A stretch of 63,150 nt of DNA from Thermoanaerobaculia bacterium (GTDB taxonomy: Bacteria; Acidobacteriota; Thermoanaerobaculia; Gp7-AA8), in contig JBKJQB010000234.1 in NCBI GenBank assembly GCA_046594105.1, positions 1 to 63,150 on the forward strand, in the 5' to 3' direction. The notes beneath the pieces were generated by a model. The model did not search any database, was not told the origin of the DNA, and was given only the letters and a program-made list of their open reading frames with translations. This document shows positions 1 through 13,458 of this stretch, piece by piece. Position 1 is the stretch's first letter, and every line of letters starts with the position of its first letter. Made by a program: the position numbers and the translations under genes.

Positions 1-17
1 CTTGCGAAAAACTCCCC

Positions 18-142
18 AACCGTCATCCTGAGCCGCGCAGACGGCGAAGGATCTGGAACGTCGCAACTGTCGCCAACAACATCCTCGTGATTGCAGATCC
101 TTCGCTTCCCGCCCGCCACCCACGCCGCTCAGGATGACGGTT
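18..142. repeat. Nested inverted-repeat element (GTCATCCTGAG...CTCAGGATGAC type)
   Basis: AACCGTCATCCTGAGC (18-33) pairs with GCTCAGGATGACGGTT (127-142). Inner GCGAAGGATCTG (44-55) pairs with CAGATCCTTCGC (94-105). Confidence 0.8.
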
Positions 143-417
143 CTGGGATTTCTTCGTAGCCTCTGAATGAGGGCACTGCGCCGCGGCTCAGCGATTGATC
201 GCCATCGAATCGAAGTCCGTCGCCGATCTCGGGCTGGAAGGAGGGGAATTGCTCTTGCCAGAGATTGAAGCACCCCGAGGGGCGATTGAGCCTGCCTAAT
301 GCCTAGTGCTGGCTCAGAAGGACGGAGAGGTCGCGTGCCATCCTCTGGATGACCGTGTTCTCGAGAGTGTTGATGGCCGGCGGTTCGCCACCCTCCTTTT
401 GCTATCCTCCTGCTCTC

Positions 418-1515
418 ATGGCAACGGAAGCGCAACCGACCCTGGCAGCGGGTCCGCCCAAACGATTCGTCATCGAGGAGGGATTCCGCTTCCAGCAGGG
501 ACAGACACTCGCTCCCTTCAGCATCCAGTACGAAACGTTCGGGACGCTGAATCACGACCGATCGAACGCCATCCTGGTCTGTCACGCGCTGTCCGCGAGC
601 GCGCACGCTGCTGGGCGCTACTCGGCGGAGGATGAGAAGCCGGGCTGGTGGGACGGGCTGATCGGCCACGGCAAAGGGATCGATCTCGATCGCTACTTTG
701 TGGTCTGCGCGAACATCCCCGGCTCCTGCTTTGGAACCACCTCGCCGTCGAGCGTCGATCCTGCAGAGAGGAGACCCTACGGCTCCCGCTATCCGTGGCC
801 GGTCATCGAGGACATGGTTCATTCGCAGAAATTGCTCCTGGACCATCTGGGCATCAAGCGATTGAAGTCGATTGCCGGGGGATCGCTCGGCGGCATGCAG
901 GTACTGATGTGGGCGGCCTGCTACCCAGAGATGACCGAGTCGATCATCGCTATGGCCGCAGGAGCCGCGGTCCCGGTGCAGGGAATCGCCTGGCACATCA
1001 TCGGACGGAAAATGATCGAGAGCGATCCCCGCTTTCATGGCGGCGACTATTACGATGAAGCGGATCCGCTGCGAGGTCTGCAGGTCGCCCGCATGGTCGG
1101 ACACATGACGTATCTGTCCTCCCGCGCTCTGCAGTCGAAGTTCGCCCGCCGCCGGCGCGGCACCACCCGGCAGTTCGAGATCGATTCGTACTTTGAATAT
1201 CAGGGAAAGAAATTCGCGTCGCAGTACGACGCGAACTCCTACATCCGTGTGCAGGCGGCCATGGACGAGATGGACCTCGAAGAACAGCACGGCTCTCTCG
1301 ATGCCGCGTTCGCGCGCTGGAAGGGCCGCACGCTACTGATCTCATTCGATACAGACTGGCTTTTCCCTGTGGAAGAAGTGGACCGGGTGGAGACCGCCAT
1401 GAAAAACAACGGCACACCGGTCGAGCATGTGCGGATCGCGTCACCCAGCGGTCACGACACCTTTCTAATCGACTACGACCTGATCACGCCACCAGTGCGC
1501 GAGTTCCTGCGCTGA
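418..1515 (+). CDS. metX: Homoserine O-acetyltransferase (MetX family)
   Basis: Motifs LVCHALS, PGWWDGLIG, GGSLGGMQ nucleophile elbow, DWLFP and GHDTFL. ATG at 418 preferred over the ORF-track start at 349. Confidence 0.9.
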   Translation: MATEAQPTLAAGPPKRFVIEEGFRFQQGQTLAPFSIQYETFGTLNHDRSNAILVCHALSASAHAAGRYSAEDEKPGWWDGLIGHGKGIDLDRYFVVCANIPGSCFGTTSPSSVDPAERRPYGSRYPWPVIEDMVHSQKLLLDHLGIKRLKSIAGGSLGGMQVLMWAACYPEMTESIIAMAAGAAVPVQGIAWHIIGRKMIESDPRFHGGDYYDEADPLRGLQVARMVGHMTYLSSRALQSKFARRRRGTTRQFEIDSYFEYQGKKFASQYDANSYIRVQAAMDEMDLEEQHGSLDAAFARWKGRTLLISFDTDWLFPVEEVDRVETAMKNNGTPVEHVRIASPSGHDTFLIDYDLITPPVREFLR

Positions 1516-3982
1516 GGCCGGCCGTGCCGGCCCAGGCGCTGGCGGCGTCGGCGCCGCCGCCGCCGGTGACTTTCTCGCGGTATCCGCACTCGGCGTTGTT
1601 GCAGTACTCGATGTGCCCTTCCTTTTTAGTCTCTTTCTCCAGGAGGAAGGCGGCTCCGCACTTCGGGCAGGGGCGCGGAACGGGGCGACTGTTCAGCGTG
1701 AAGTCACACTTGGGATAGCGCGAGCAGGAGAAAAAGACGCCGCGGCGTGAGCGGCGCTCCACCAGATCCCCCTCGTTGCATTGCGGGCATTTCACGCCGG
1801 TGGGTTTGGCCGCACCGCCGGGCCCGGTGCCGATCTTGCGGATGGTCTTGCAGTCGGGATAGCCGGAGCAGGAGTAGAAGGGGCCGTAACGGCCGCTCTT
1901 CAGAACCATCTCTTTCCCGCAGTTCTCGCAGGGCGGTTGCGGATCGTTGGGGATGTTCGCCTTGAGCAGACGCGGATCTTTGGTGTTCTTGCAGTCGGGG
2001 TAACCGGTGCAGGCGAAAAACTGACCGAAGCGCGATCGCTTCAATTGCATGGGCTTGCCGCACTTGTCGCAAACCACCACTTCGCCATCGGCCTGTTCGG
2101 CGTCGGTGCTGCGCGCGGTTTCTTTGGTGTTCTTGCACTCGGGGTAGTTCGTGCAGGCGAGGAATTCGCCGAAGCGCCCGAACTTGATGGCCATCGGTGC
2201 GCCACATTTCTCGCACTTCTCGTCAGTCTCGACGCCGGTGCGCTTGACCTCGATCATCTCTTTGCCGGCCCGCTCCAGGTCGTGGCTGAACTTGACGTTG
2301 AAGTCGCGCATGGCCTGCGTCCACTCCAGCTTGCCGTCTTCGATCTCGTCGAGATCTTCTTCGAGTTTCGCCGTGTACTTCTCGTCGATGATGTCGCCGA
2401 AGGATTGCTTCAGCAGCCGAGCCACCAGAAGGCCCAGTTGGGTGGGATGGAACTTGCCGTCGTCTTTGTAGGTGTAGTCGCGCGCCTGAATGGTGGTCAG
2501 GATCTGGCCGTAGGTCGAAGGGCGGCCGATGCCGTTCTCCTCCAGCGCTTTGACCAGCGTCGCTTCCGTGAAGCGGGGCGGTGGCTGGGTGAAGTTCTGC
2601 CGGGTATCGAGATTCAGCAGCTTGAGCGCTTCTCCCTCTTCCATCGCCGGAAGGGCCCGTTCATTCTCCGGCTTCTCGTCCTCTTCGGCCGGCTCGACCC
2701 CTTCGACATTCGCGTCCCGGAAGACCGAGAGAAATCCCGGGAACTTCAGCACTTCACCCGAAGCGCGGAAGGTGTACGCCCCGTTGCGGATGTCGACGTC
2801 GGTGACATCGAACAACGCCGGTTTCATCTGCGAAGCCACGAAGCGATCGAAGATCAGCTTGTAGATGTTGTACTCCTCGCGGGTGAGCTGGTTCTTGACA
2901 AGCTCCGGATCGAACTCCGTTGAGGTAGGCCTGATGGCCTCGTGCGCTTCCTGGGCCTGCGCCCCTTTCTTCACTTTGTAGATGTTCGGGGTGTCCGGAA
3001 GAATGCTCGCTCCGTATTTCGCGGCGATGTAGGTCCGCACCTCGCCCAGTGCGTCGTCGCTGACGCGGACCGAGTCGGTGCGCATGTAGGTGATCAACCC
3101 AACGTGCCCGAACGAACCGCCCAGCTCTTTGCCTTCGTACAGCTTCTGGGCAATCTGCATGGTGCGCTTCACCGGATACTTGAAGCGTCGATAGGCTTCC
3201 TGCTGCAGTTTGGAGGTGATGAACGGAGCGGCTGGCGACTGCTTCTTCTCTTTCCGGGCGATCTTCTCGATGGTAAACTCGCCGCTCTTGACGGCCGCTT
3301 CGATGGAACGCGCCAGCTCTTCGTTGCCGATCTCCGCTTTCTTGCCGTCGATCTTGGTCAGCTTGGCGATGAATTGCGGGGGGGATCCGGCGGCCAGCTT
3401 CGCCGCGAAGCTCCAGTATTCATCGGGGATGAATGCCTTGATGGCCTCTTCGCGCTCGGCGATCATCTTCATGGCTACCGACTGCACGCGGCCGGCAGAC
3501 AGTCCACGACGCACTTTGTCCCAAAGCAGAGGCGAGAGCTTGTAGCCGACCAGGCGATCGAGGACGCGCCGGGCCTGCTGCGCGTTCACCTTGTTCATGT
3601 CGATCTCCGTCGGAGACTCGATGGCCTTGATCACGGCGTTTTTCGTGATCTCGTGGAAGAGAACGCGCCGGACCTTCTTGGCGTCCTTGCCCAGAAGGCT
3701 CATGACATGCCACCCGATGGCTTCCCCTTCGCGATCAGGGTCGGAGGCGATGAAGATGATGTCGGCTTTCCTGGCAGCGGCCTTCAGCTCGCTGACCACT
3801 TTCTCTTTCCCTTCCAGCACCTGGTAAGTAGGGAGGAAGGTTTCCTCATCGACACCGAGCTCGCTCTTCGGAAGGTCACGGACGTGGCCCACCGACGCTT
3901 TCACGATGTAATCGCTGCCGATGAACTTGTTGATCGTCTTCGCTTTCGCAGGAGACTCGACGATGACGAGGTGTTTAGCCAT
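1484..3982 (-). CDS. topA: DNA topoisomerase I with five C-terminal Zn-ribbon repeats
   Basis: LVIVESPAKAKTI, DPDREGE, SAGRVQS, catalytic ITYMRTDS, EAHEAIRPT and GIGRPSTY; repeated CxxC...CxxYPxC units. Confidence 0.97.
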   Translation of the reverse strand: MAKHLVIVESPAKAKTINKFIGSDYIVKASVGHVRDLPKSELGVDEETFLPTYQVLEGKEKVVSELKAAARKADIIFIASDPDREGEAIGWHVMSLLGKDAKKVRRVLFHEITKNAVIKAIESPTEIDMNKVNAQQARRVLDRLVGYKLSPLLWDKVRRGLSAGRVQSVAMKMIAEREEAIKAFIPDEYWSFAAKLAAGSPPQFIAKLTKIDGKKAEIGNEELARSIEAAVKSGEFTIEKIARKEKKQSPAAPFITSKLQQEAYRRFKYPVKRTMQIAQKLYEGKELGGSFGHVGLITYMRTDSVRVSDDALGEVRTYIAAKYGASILPDTPNIYKVKKGAQAQEAHEAIRPTSTEFDPELVKNQLTREEYNIYKLIFDRFVASQMKPALFDVTDVDIRNGAYTFRASGEVLKFPGFLSVFRDANVEGVEPAEEDEKPENERALPAMEEGEALKLLNLDTRQNFTQPPPRFTEATLVKALEENGIGRPSTYGQILTTIQARDYTYKDDGKFHPTQLGLLVARLLKQSFGDIIDEKYTAKLEEDLDEIEDGKLEWTQAMRDFNVKFSHDLERAGKEMIEVKRTGVETDEKCEKCGAPMAIKFGRFGEFLACTNYPECKNTKETARSTDAEQADGEVVVCDKCGKPMQLKRSRFGQFFACTGYPDCKNTKDPRLLKANIPNDPQPPCENCGKEMVLKSGRYGPFYSCSGYPDCKTIRKIGTGPGGAAKPTGVKCPQCNEGDLVERRSRRGVFFSCSRYPKCDFTLNSRPVPRPCPKCGAAFLLEKETKKEGHIEYCNNAECGYREKVTGGGGADAASAWAGTAGLSAGTRALVA

Positions 3983-4097
3983 TGAGGAACGCCCAAAACT
4001 CAAGCGGTCACAGCCAAAATTCCTCGCGCGGGCGCTGCGGGCGCGCGCGAAGGAAAGCGAGCTGAACCGGGGCGACGCACAATATCAGAGGGGGAGT

Positions 4098-4192
4098 GGA
4101 AACCAGAAACCAGAAGGCAGAAAGTCGTAGGTCTCCAGATGACGGTGGCTCGTTGTCTTTTTCTGGTTTCTGCTTTCTGGTTTCTAGTTTCC
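4098..4192. repeat. Inverted repeat built from tandem heptamers (AAACCAG)n / (TTTCTGG)n; possible terminator
   Basis: GGAAACCAGAAACCAGAAGGCAGAAA (4098-4123) matches the reverse complement of 4167-4192 with 2 mismatches. It lies directly after the stop of the sigma-54 regulator. Confidence 0.7.
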
Positions 4193-4193
4193 C

Positions 4194-5573
4194 CTACTCT
4201 TCCTCTTCGTCGTCTCCGCCGCCGGCCGCTTTGTACTTTTTTGTCTTGTTGTACAGGGTCTTGTACGAGATTCCGAGAATCTCAGCAGTGCGACGGCGGT
4301 CGCCGTCAGTCATGTGCAACGTCTCTTCAATCACAAGCTTCTCGACCTCTTCCATCGGTTGCCCCAGAGGAATGGTCATCGAATTGTGGCTGCGTCGTTT
4401 CCGCGCGCCCAGGAACTTGTCCGGCAGACACTCCACGGTCAGGGAGGCCGTGCGGGCCATGATGAACGCGCGGTTGATGACGTTGCGAAGCTCGCGGACA
4501 TTGCCAGGCCATTCGTACTGCTGCAGCGCCTCGATGAAATCAGGCTCGATGTCCTCCACCGTCTTCTCTTCCGTCTCGTTGAGCTTCTGCAGGAAGAAGT
4601 GGGAAAACAGCGGAATGTCCTCGAGACGTTCGCGGAGCGGAGGGACTTCGATGGGGAACACGTTGAGCCGGTAGTAGAGATCCTCGCGCAGCTTCCCGTC
4701 GGTGATTGCCTTCAGCGGATCACGATTGGAGGCGGCGATGATCCTTGCGTCGATGTTGATCTCTTCATTGCCACCCACGCGCCGGAACTTTCCTTCTTCC
4801 AGCACGCGCAGCAGTTTGACCTGCAACTCGATCGGCATCTCCGTGATCTCGTCGAGGAAGACCGTGCCACCCTTGGCCATCTCGAAGTAGCCTTCGCGGC
4901 GCTTGATGGCGTTGGTGAAGGCCCCTTTCTCGTGTCCGAAGATCTCCGACTCGATCAGGGTGGGGGAAATCGCGCCGCAGTTGAAGGCGATGAATGGTTT
5001 GTTCCTGCGCCGGGAGAGCGAATGGATGGTGTTGGCAACCACTTCTTTGCCCGATCCCGACTCGCCGACGATGAACACGTTGGCGTCGGTGTTGGCCACC
5101 ATCTCGATCTCTTCGAACAACTTCTGCATCCGGGGAGATTTGCCGACCAGATGACCGAGCGCTCCCATCTTCTGCAGTTGGCGCCGAAGCTCGAGAATCT
5201 CCTGCTTCATCAACTGCTTGTCCTCGACCGTCTTGAGGATCACCTGCAGGCGCGGCAGGTCCACCGGCTTGGTCACGTAGTCCTCGGCGCCTACCTTGAG
5301 GGCCTTGACTGCGGAGTCCACCGTGGCATGTCCGGTCAGGATGACGACCGAAACATCGGGATACACCTCTTTGATGCGATGGAGAAGGTCGAGGCCCGAG
5401 CCGTCGGGCAGTTTGAGGTCGACGATGGCTACGTCGGGGACCAGCTTCGAAACCGAGGCCCAGCCGGCTTTCACCGTGTCGGCTACTTCCGCTTCATAAC
5501 CCCACTCTTCGACGATGTCGGCCATCCCGGCGCTGGTTGCGCGGTCATCGTCTACGATCAAAACTCTCTTCAT
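4194..5573 (-). CDS. Sigma-54-dependent response regulator (NtrC/AtoC family)
   Basis: REC domain (VDDD, DLKLPD), Walker A GESGSGKE, GAFTNA loop, FLDEI, WPGNVREL and a Fis-type HTH. Confidence 0.95.
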   Translation of the reverse strand: MKRVLIVDDDRATSAGMADIVEEWGYEAEVADTVKAGWASVSKLVPDVAIVDLKLPDGSGLDLLHRIKEVYPDVSVVILTGHATVDSAVKALKVGAEDYVTKPVDLPRLQVILKTVEDKQLMKQEILELRRQLQKMGALGHLVGKSPRMQKLFEEIEMVANTDANVFIVGESGSGKEVVANTIHSLSRRRNKPFIAFNCGAISPTLIESEIFGHEKGAFTNAIKRREGYFEMAKGGTVFLDEITEMPIELQVKLLRVLEEGKFRRVGGNEEINIDARIIAASNRDPLKAITDGKLREDLYYRLNVFPIEVPPLRERLEDIPLFSHFFLQKLNETEEKTVEDIEPDFIEALQQYEWPGNVRELRNVINRAFIMARTASLTVECLPDKFLGARKRRSHNSMTIPLGQPMEEVEKLVIEETLHMTDGDRRRTAEILGISYKTLYNKTKKYKAAGGGDDEEEE

Positions 5574-5579
5574 ATTGAC

Positions 5580-6239
5580 CTAGGTGGGGAACTGCAGCCT
5601 CAAAGTGACCTTATCACGATCCTGAGAGGCATTCAGCTCACCTCCATACGTTTCGGCGATGAGGCGTGCGGAGGCCAGCGAAAGGTCCGCGTTCCCTGCA
5701 AGATCGGTGTAGTAGAACTTGAAAATCTTGGTCGGTTCGAAGCTTTCAGAGGCCGGCTCGCCGGTCGCCTGGAGCTCAAAGTGTCCGTCGCCATCGCCGG
5801 CTTCGAAAACGGTGGTCCGGCCTTTAAAAAGCCTCGACACGCCATCAAAAAACTGGCGGAAACACTGCCGGATTCTGGATTGATGTCCCTGAACCGTGAG
5901 AGTGAGAGGATCCATGACCAGGTCGACGCCTGCTTCGGTCGCGATTTCCCGGCAGAGAGGTCCGAGCTCGACGGGCCCTGGCTCGCCTTCTTCTTTCGGC
6001 GGTGTGGAGAGCACGAAGAAGGTGTCGAAAATCTGGGCCATCCGGCGCAGCTCCGTCTCGATCGCTCCGGCGTACCCGGCAAGCTTTTCGTCCGCCTGGC
6101 TCCCGCTCACCTTGCCGACCCGCATGCGAAGTAGCTCGAGATTGAGCACGGCGACATTGAGGGGCGTTTTCAGGTCATGCGCCGTGTCGCTGCTGCGGCG
6201 CAGGTTGGTGGTGGCGAATTTCTCGAGCCAGCGGTCCAT
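5580..6239 (-). CDS. Short HisKA protein with degenerate HATPase domain
   Basis: H-box AHDLKTPLN near the N-terminus, no sensor domain; N and G2 boxes eroded (FFDGVS, NADLSL). Confidence 0.75.
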   Translation of the reverse strand: MDRWLEKFATTNLRRSSDTAHDLKTPLNVAVLNLELLRMRVGKVSGSQADEKLAGYAGAIETELRRMAQIFDTFFVLSTPPKEEGEPGPVELGPLCREIATEAGVDLVMDPLTLTVQGHQSRIRQCFRQFFDGVSRLFKGRTTVFEAGDGDGHFELQATGEPASESFEPTKIFKFYYTDLAGNADLSLASARLIAETYGGELNASQDRDKVTLRLQFPT

Positions 6240-6320
6240 GATTTGGTTCTCACAACGTGCAAGCTTAGGGCCTCGACCTGACAGGAACCGAACGCGCGAA
6301 TCCGTCAGGAGCGGTGAACT

Positions 6321-6737
6321 CTAATGATCGCGACCCAGTCCGATCACCGCGATCGATTCTTCCAGCCGAGCCTCGACCAGCGCGAACTGTGGGTCGTGAG
6401 AACTGAGATCTGCCAGCTCGCGCTCCGCCTGCTGCCTCTCGTCCTCCGCCGCCGCCGCGTCGACCTCTTCTGGCAGGCGGGCCGTCTCCGCCATCACGAT
6501 GACCCTGTCAGGAAGCACCTCGGCGAATCCCCAGGAGAGCACCAGTCGATGCATCGTGGTGCCCACGCGGTAGCGCATCTGCCCGATCTTGAGCGTCGTC
6601 AGTAGCGGGGTGTGCCCCGGCAGGACGCCGATCTCGCCGTCGCTCGCCGGCAGAACGACCTCATCGACTTCGACATCGATGATCTTCCGCTCGCGCGTGA
6701 CGATGGTGAGACTGATTTTAGTCGGGAGATCGGCCAT
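6321..6737 (-). CDS. atpC: ATP synthase F1 epsilon subunit
   Basis: GEIGVLPGHTPL and GFAEV motifs; last gene of the atp operon. Confidence 0.95.
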   Translation of the reverse strand: MADLPTKISLTIVTRERKIIDVEVDEVVLPASDGEIGVLPGHTPLLTTLKIGQMRYRVGTTMHRLVLSWGFAEVLPDRVIVMAETARLPEEVDAAAAEDERQQAERELADLSSHDPQFALVEARLEESIAVIGLGRDH

Positions 6738-6746
6738 GGTTGTCTC

Positions 6747-9126
<2,380 letters not shown>

Positions 9127-9132
9127 GGAGTC

Positions 9133-10671
<1,539 letters not shown>

Positions 10672-10690
10672 AATATCTCCCGAAAATGGC

Positions 10691-11224
10691 TCAGCTTAAT
10701 GAGGCGCGAAATTTCTCGATCTTGCCGACTACGGATGCATCGTAGATCTCGCTTCCAACGCGAGCCACAAACCCACCGAGCAGGGTCGGGTCGACCGTGA
10801 CGTCCATCTCCACCTTCCGCCCGAACTTCGTCTCCAGCGTCTCCCGGAGCGATTCGATCTCTGCCGGACTCGGTTGCGAAGCGGTGCGCACTTCGGCGGC
10901 TACCGTGTTGGTGGCCATGCGGATCATGGCCGACAGCGCGGCGACGATCGCACCCAGGTCGTTGATCCGATGATTGCGGATCAGCAGGCTGACCACTTTG
11001 ACCGCGAGATCCGACAGACCGAGACGCCGGGCGATCTCCGCGCTCACCTGGATCTTCGCCTCCGGCTCAAACCCCGGATTGGCGTACAGCTCCTGAAGAT
11101 CCCCGGCCGACTGGCGAACCTTTTCGAACGCGGCCAGTTCGTCGCGAAGCTTTGATGCTGCCTCAGGCGACTGCACGATATCCATGATCGCCCTGGCATA
11201 GGGGCGGGCGAAACGGCGGATCAA
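10691..11224 (-). CDS. atpH: ATP synthase F1 delta subunit
   Basis: ARPYARA and DPTLLGG...IYDAS motifs; located before atpA. Confidence 0.93.
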   Translation of the reverse strand: MIRRFARPYARAIMDIVQSPEAASKLRDELAAFEKVRQSAGDLQELYANPGFEPEAKIQVSAEIARRLGLSDLAVKVVSLLIRNHRINDLGAIVAALSAMIRMATNTVAAEVRTASQPSPAEIESLRETLETKFGRKVEMDVTVDPTLLGGFVARVGSEIYDASVVGKIEKFRASLS

Positions 11225-11874
11225 GAGCGGACCTCGCCGATCGCTCGCACGCTCTCCGCGAACAGGTTGTGACGATCCTGCTCGGTGATTTTCTCGCGGA
11301 GGATCTGTCCAGCGCGCTGAGAGGCCAGCTCCCCTGCGTACTCCGTCAACTCGTGGCGTGCGAGCTTGACGCGATTGTCCACCTCGTTGCGCGCGGTCGT
11401 CAGAATCTTCTGTGCTTCCGCTTCCGCCGCGGCGAGGAGTTCTCGCTTCTGACGCTCACCCTCCACCGCTGCACGCTCGTGGATGGCCCGAACGTCCTGC
11501 TCGATCTGGGTCAGCCTGGCCTGAATATCGGAGGCCAGCGCGTCCGCCTTGGCCCGGCGGGTCTTCGCTTCTTCCGCCTCGCGGCGAACGTTCTCGTGCC
11601 GTTCTGCCAGCGCCTTCTTCACCGGTCCGCCGACCAGCCAGCCCAGAACCCCGATGAACAGGACCACGTTGGCGAGCTTGAGGATCCATCCCGGGATTCC
11701 GAAGTACGTTTTGGGCGCTTCGTTTTCCGCGCCGTGTGCCTCGTGCGGATGAGCGACCTGGTGCACGTCTTTCTCCGCTCCATGGGCTACGTCGTTCGGG
11801 GCATTCCTGGCGTGTTGCGCCGAGAGCGAGACCGGGGCGAGGATCAGAACCAGAGCGAGCAGCAGCCGGCGCAT
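11221..11874 (-). CDS. atpF: ATP synthase F0 subunit b with N-terminal extension
   Basis: Transmembrane helix followed by a long charged helix; operon position; signal-like N-terminus. Confidence 0.88.
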   Translation of the reverse strand: MRRLLLALVLILAPVSLSAQHARNAPNDVAHGAEKDVHQVAHPHEAHGAENEAPKTYFGIPGWILKLANVVLFIGVLGWLVGGPVKKALAERHENVRREAEEAKTRRAKADALASDIQARLTQIEQDVRAIHERAAVEGERQKRELLAAAEAEAQKILTTARNEVDNRVKLARHELTEYAGELASQRAGQILREKITEQDRHNLFAESVRAIGEVRS

Positions 11875-12308
11875 CAGACCGACCTCCCGAGAATCCGTTC
11901 CGCAGCGAGGTGTGCCAGGCCTTCGGACTCTTTCACGATGTTGGTTCGAGCCTCGGCAACGTGCGCCGTCAGCGTGACGTTCGCGCTCTTCACGATCGTC
12001 TCGGCCTCCGCCTGCGTTTTTTGAATGACGGCGTTGCGATGCGTAGCCGCTTCCGCCCGGAATCGGTCGCGCACGCTGGACGCCTCACGCCGGGCCACAT
12101 GGAGTTGCTCTTCCATGCGGGCAGTGGCTTCATTGAAGCGGGCCATGGAGGCCTCATAGACTTCGTTGGCCCCGCGCACCTCAGCCTCGCGCGCTTCCAG
12201 CACCTCGTTGATCGGGCGGAGGAAAAACTTGCTCACGACGATGGAATTGATGAAGAAGATCACCATGATCGCGAGCAGAGATAGATCGGGCGTCAGATTG
12301 ATTTGCAT
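11874..12308 (-). CDS. ATP synthase F0 subunit b' (second peripheral-stalk paralog)
   Basis: N-terminal TM helix, FLRPINEVLEARE motif and coiled coil; first gene of the operon. Confidence 0.85.
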   Translation of the reverse strand: MQINLTPDLSLLAIMVIFFINSIVVSKFFLRPINEVLEAREAEVRGANEVYEASMARFNEATARMEEQLHVARREASSVRDRFRAEAATHRNAVIQKTQAEAETIVKSANVTLTAHVAEARTNIVKESEGLAHLAAERILGRSV

Positions 12309-12456
12309 TCGCGGTTATGGGCCGGGAAAGCTGCGGCGGGCAGACACTTAGCCCTTCCCCAAGGCCGCGGTTGTATACCACACTGGAAAGAACGTTGTCA
12401 CCAGCCGGGTTGTACCCTGTTGATCCCTTAACTGGCAGGCGACTCTGCCGATTGCG

Positions 12457-13017
12457 ATGGCCGACCAGAGCTACAGAAGCATCCTGAAACGGGCGGATCA
12501 ATTCTTCCGCACCACGCTTCAGGAGCAGCCTCAGAACTTCCAGTGCGGCAAGGGCTGCTCGCTCTGCTGTTACGGGCTGTTCGAGATCAGCGCGGCCGAC
12601 GTTCCCGTCCTCGCCGATGGTCTGGCCGCGCTGCAGCCTTCGCAACGTCTGTCCGTCGTTCGCCGCGCGCAGGAGATTCTGGCGGACACCGCACACCCCG
12701 ACCTGCGCGAATGTTCCCGGCGGGAGAAGAAGAAATTCTACGAGCGCACGGCGACGGTTGCCTGCCCCAACCTCGACGCGTCCGGTGCGTGTCTGGTCTA
12801 CGAACACCGGCCGCTGGTCTGCCGGACTTTCGGCCTCCCCATCCGGGACGGGAAGCGTTATCTGGGAGACATCTGCCAGTTGAATTTCGAAGAGGCGACC
12901 GACGGGGAGAAACAGTCTGCTGCCTGGAACCTGCAATGGGAGGATGCCGTCGGAGCTGCGGACGAATACACCATTCCCGAAGCCATCGTCATGATTGCGC
13001 GGATGCGCGATTGGTAG
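12457..13017 (+). CDS. YkgJ family cysteine-cluster (CxxCxxCC) protein
   Basis: CGKGCSLCC and CPNLD...CLVYEHRPLVCR motifs. Confidence 0.88.
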   Translation: MADQSYRSILKRADQFFRTTLQEQPQNFQCGKGCSLCCYGLFEISAADVPVLADGLAALQPSQRLSVVRRAQEILADTAHPDLRECSRREKKKFYERTATVACPNLDASGACLVYEHRPLVCRTFGLPIRDGKRYLGDICQLNFEEATDGEKQSAAWNLQWEDAVGAADEYTIPEAIVMIARMRDW

Positions 13018-13038
13018 CCGCGCTGGACTGGGGCGCGA

Positions 13039-13410
13039 TCAGGCTTTCGCCGCGATGTTGGTGACGTTGCCGCTCTTCTTGTCACCCATCACGCAGTTGC
13101 CTTGAAAGATGGCGCCCTCTTCGATGATCAGAGCCGGCGTATCGACGTCGCTGTAGACCTTTCCATTCCGGTGAATTTCCACGCGCTGCGTCGCCACGAT
13201 CTTGCCGACCACCGTGCCGCTGATGGCGATTCTCCCAACGTGCACATCCCCTTCGATGTGAGCGCTCTCGCCGACGATCAACTCGTTCTTCGACACGATC
13301 TTGCCGGAGAACCTGCCGTCGATGCGCATGGTGTCTTCAAATTCGAGCTCCCCTTTGAAGGATGAGCCCCGGTCGAGAAATCCATTGAGTTCGCCGCTTT
13401 TGTTCTTCAT
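13039..13410 (-). CDS. Bactofilin (polymer-forming cytoskeletal protein)
   Basis: Beta-helix repeats: FKGEL, RIDG, IVGESAHIEGDV, LIIEEGAIFQG. Confidence 0.9.
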   Translation of the reverse strand: MKNKSGELNGFLDRGSSFKGELEFEDTMRIDGRFSGKIVSKNELIVGESAHIEGDVHVGRIAISGTVVGKIVATQRVEIHRNGKVYSDVDTPALIIEEGAIFQGNCVMGDKKSGNVTNIAAKA

Positions 13411-13458
13411 GTTCCTGACTCTCCTGATGATGTTTTGCCTGATGCAGCGCGGCCGGCG

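Noticed and set aside
143-417. Possible SAM riboswitch upstream of metX
   Set aside because: I could not find the SAM-I core motifs or a terminator; an Rfam scan would be needed.
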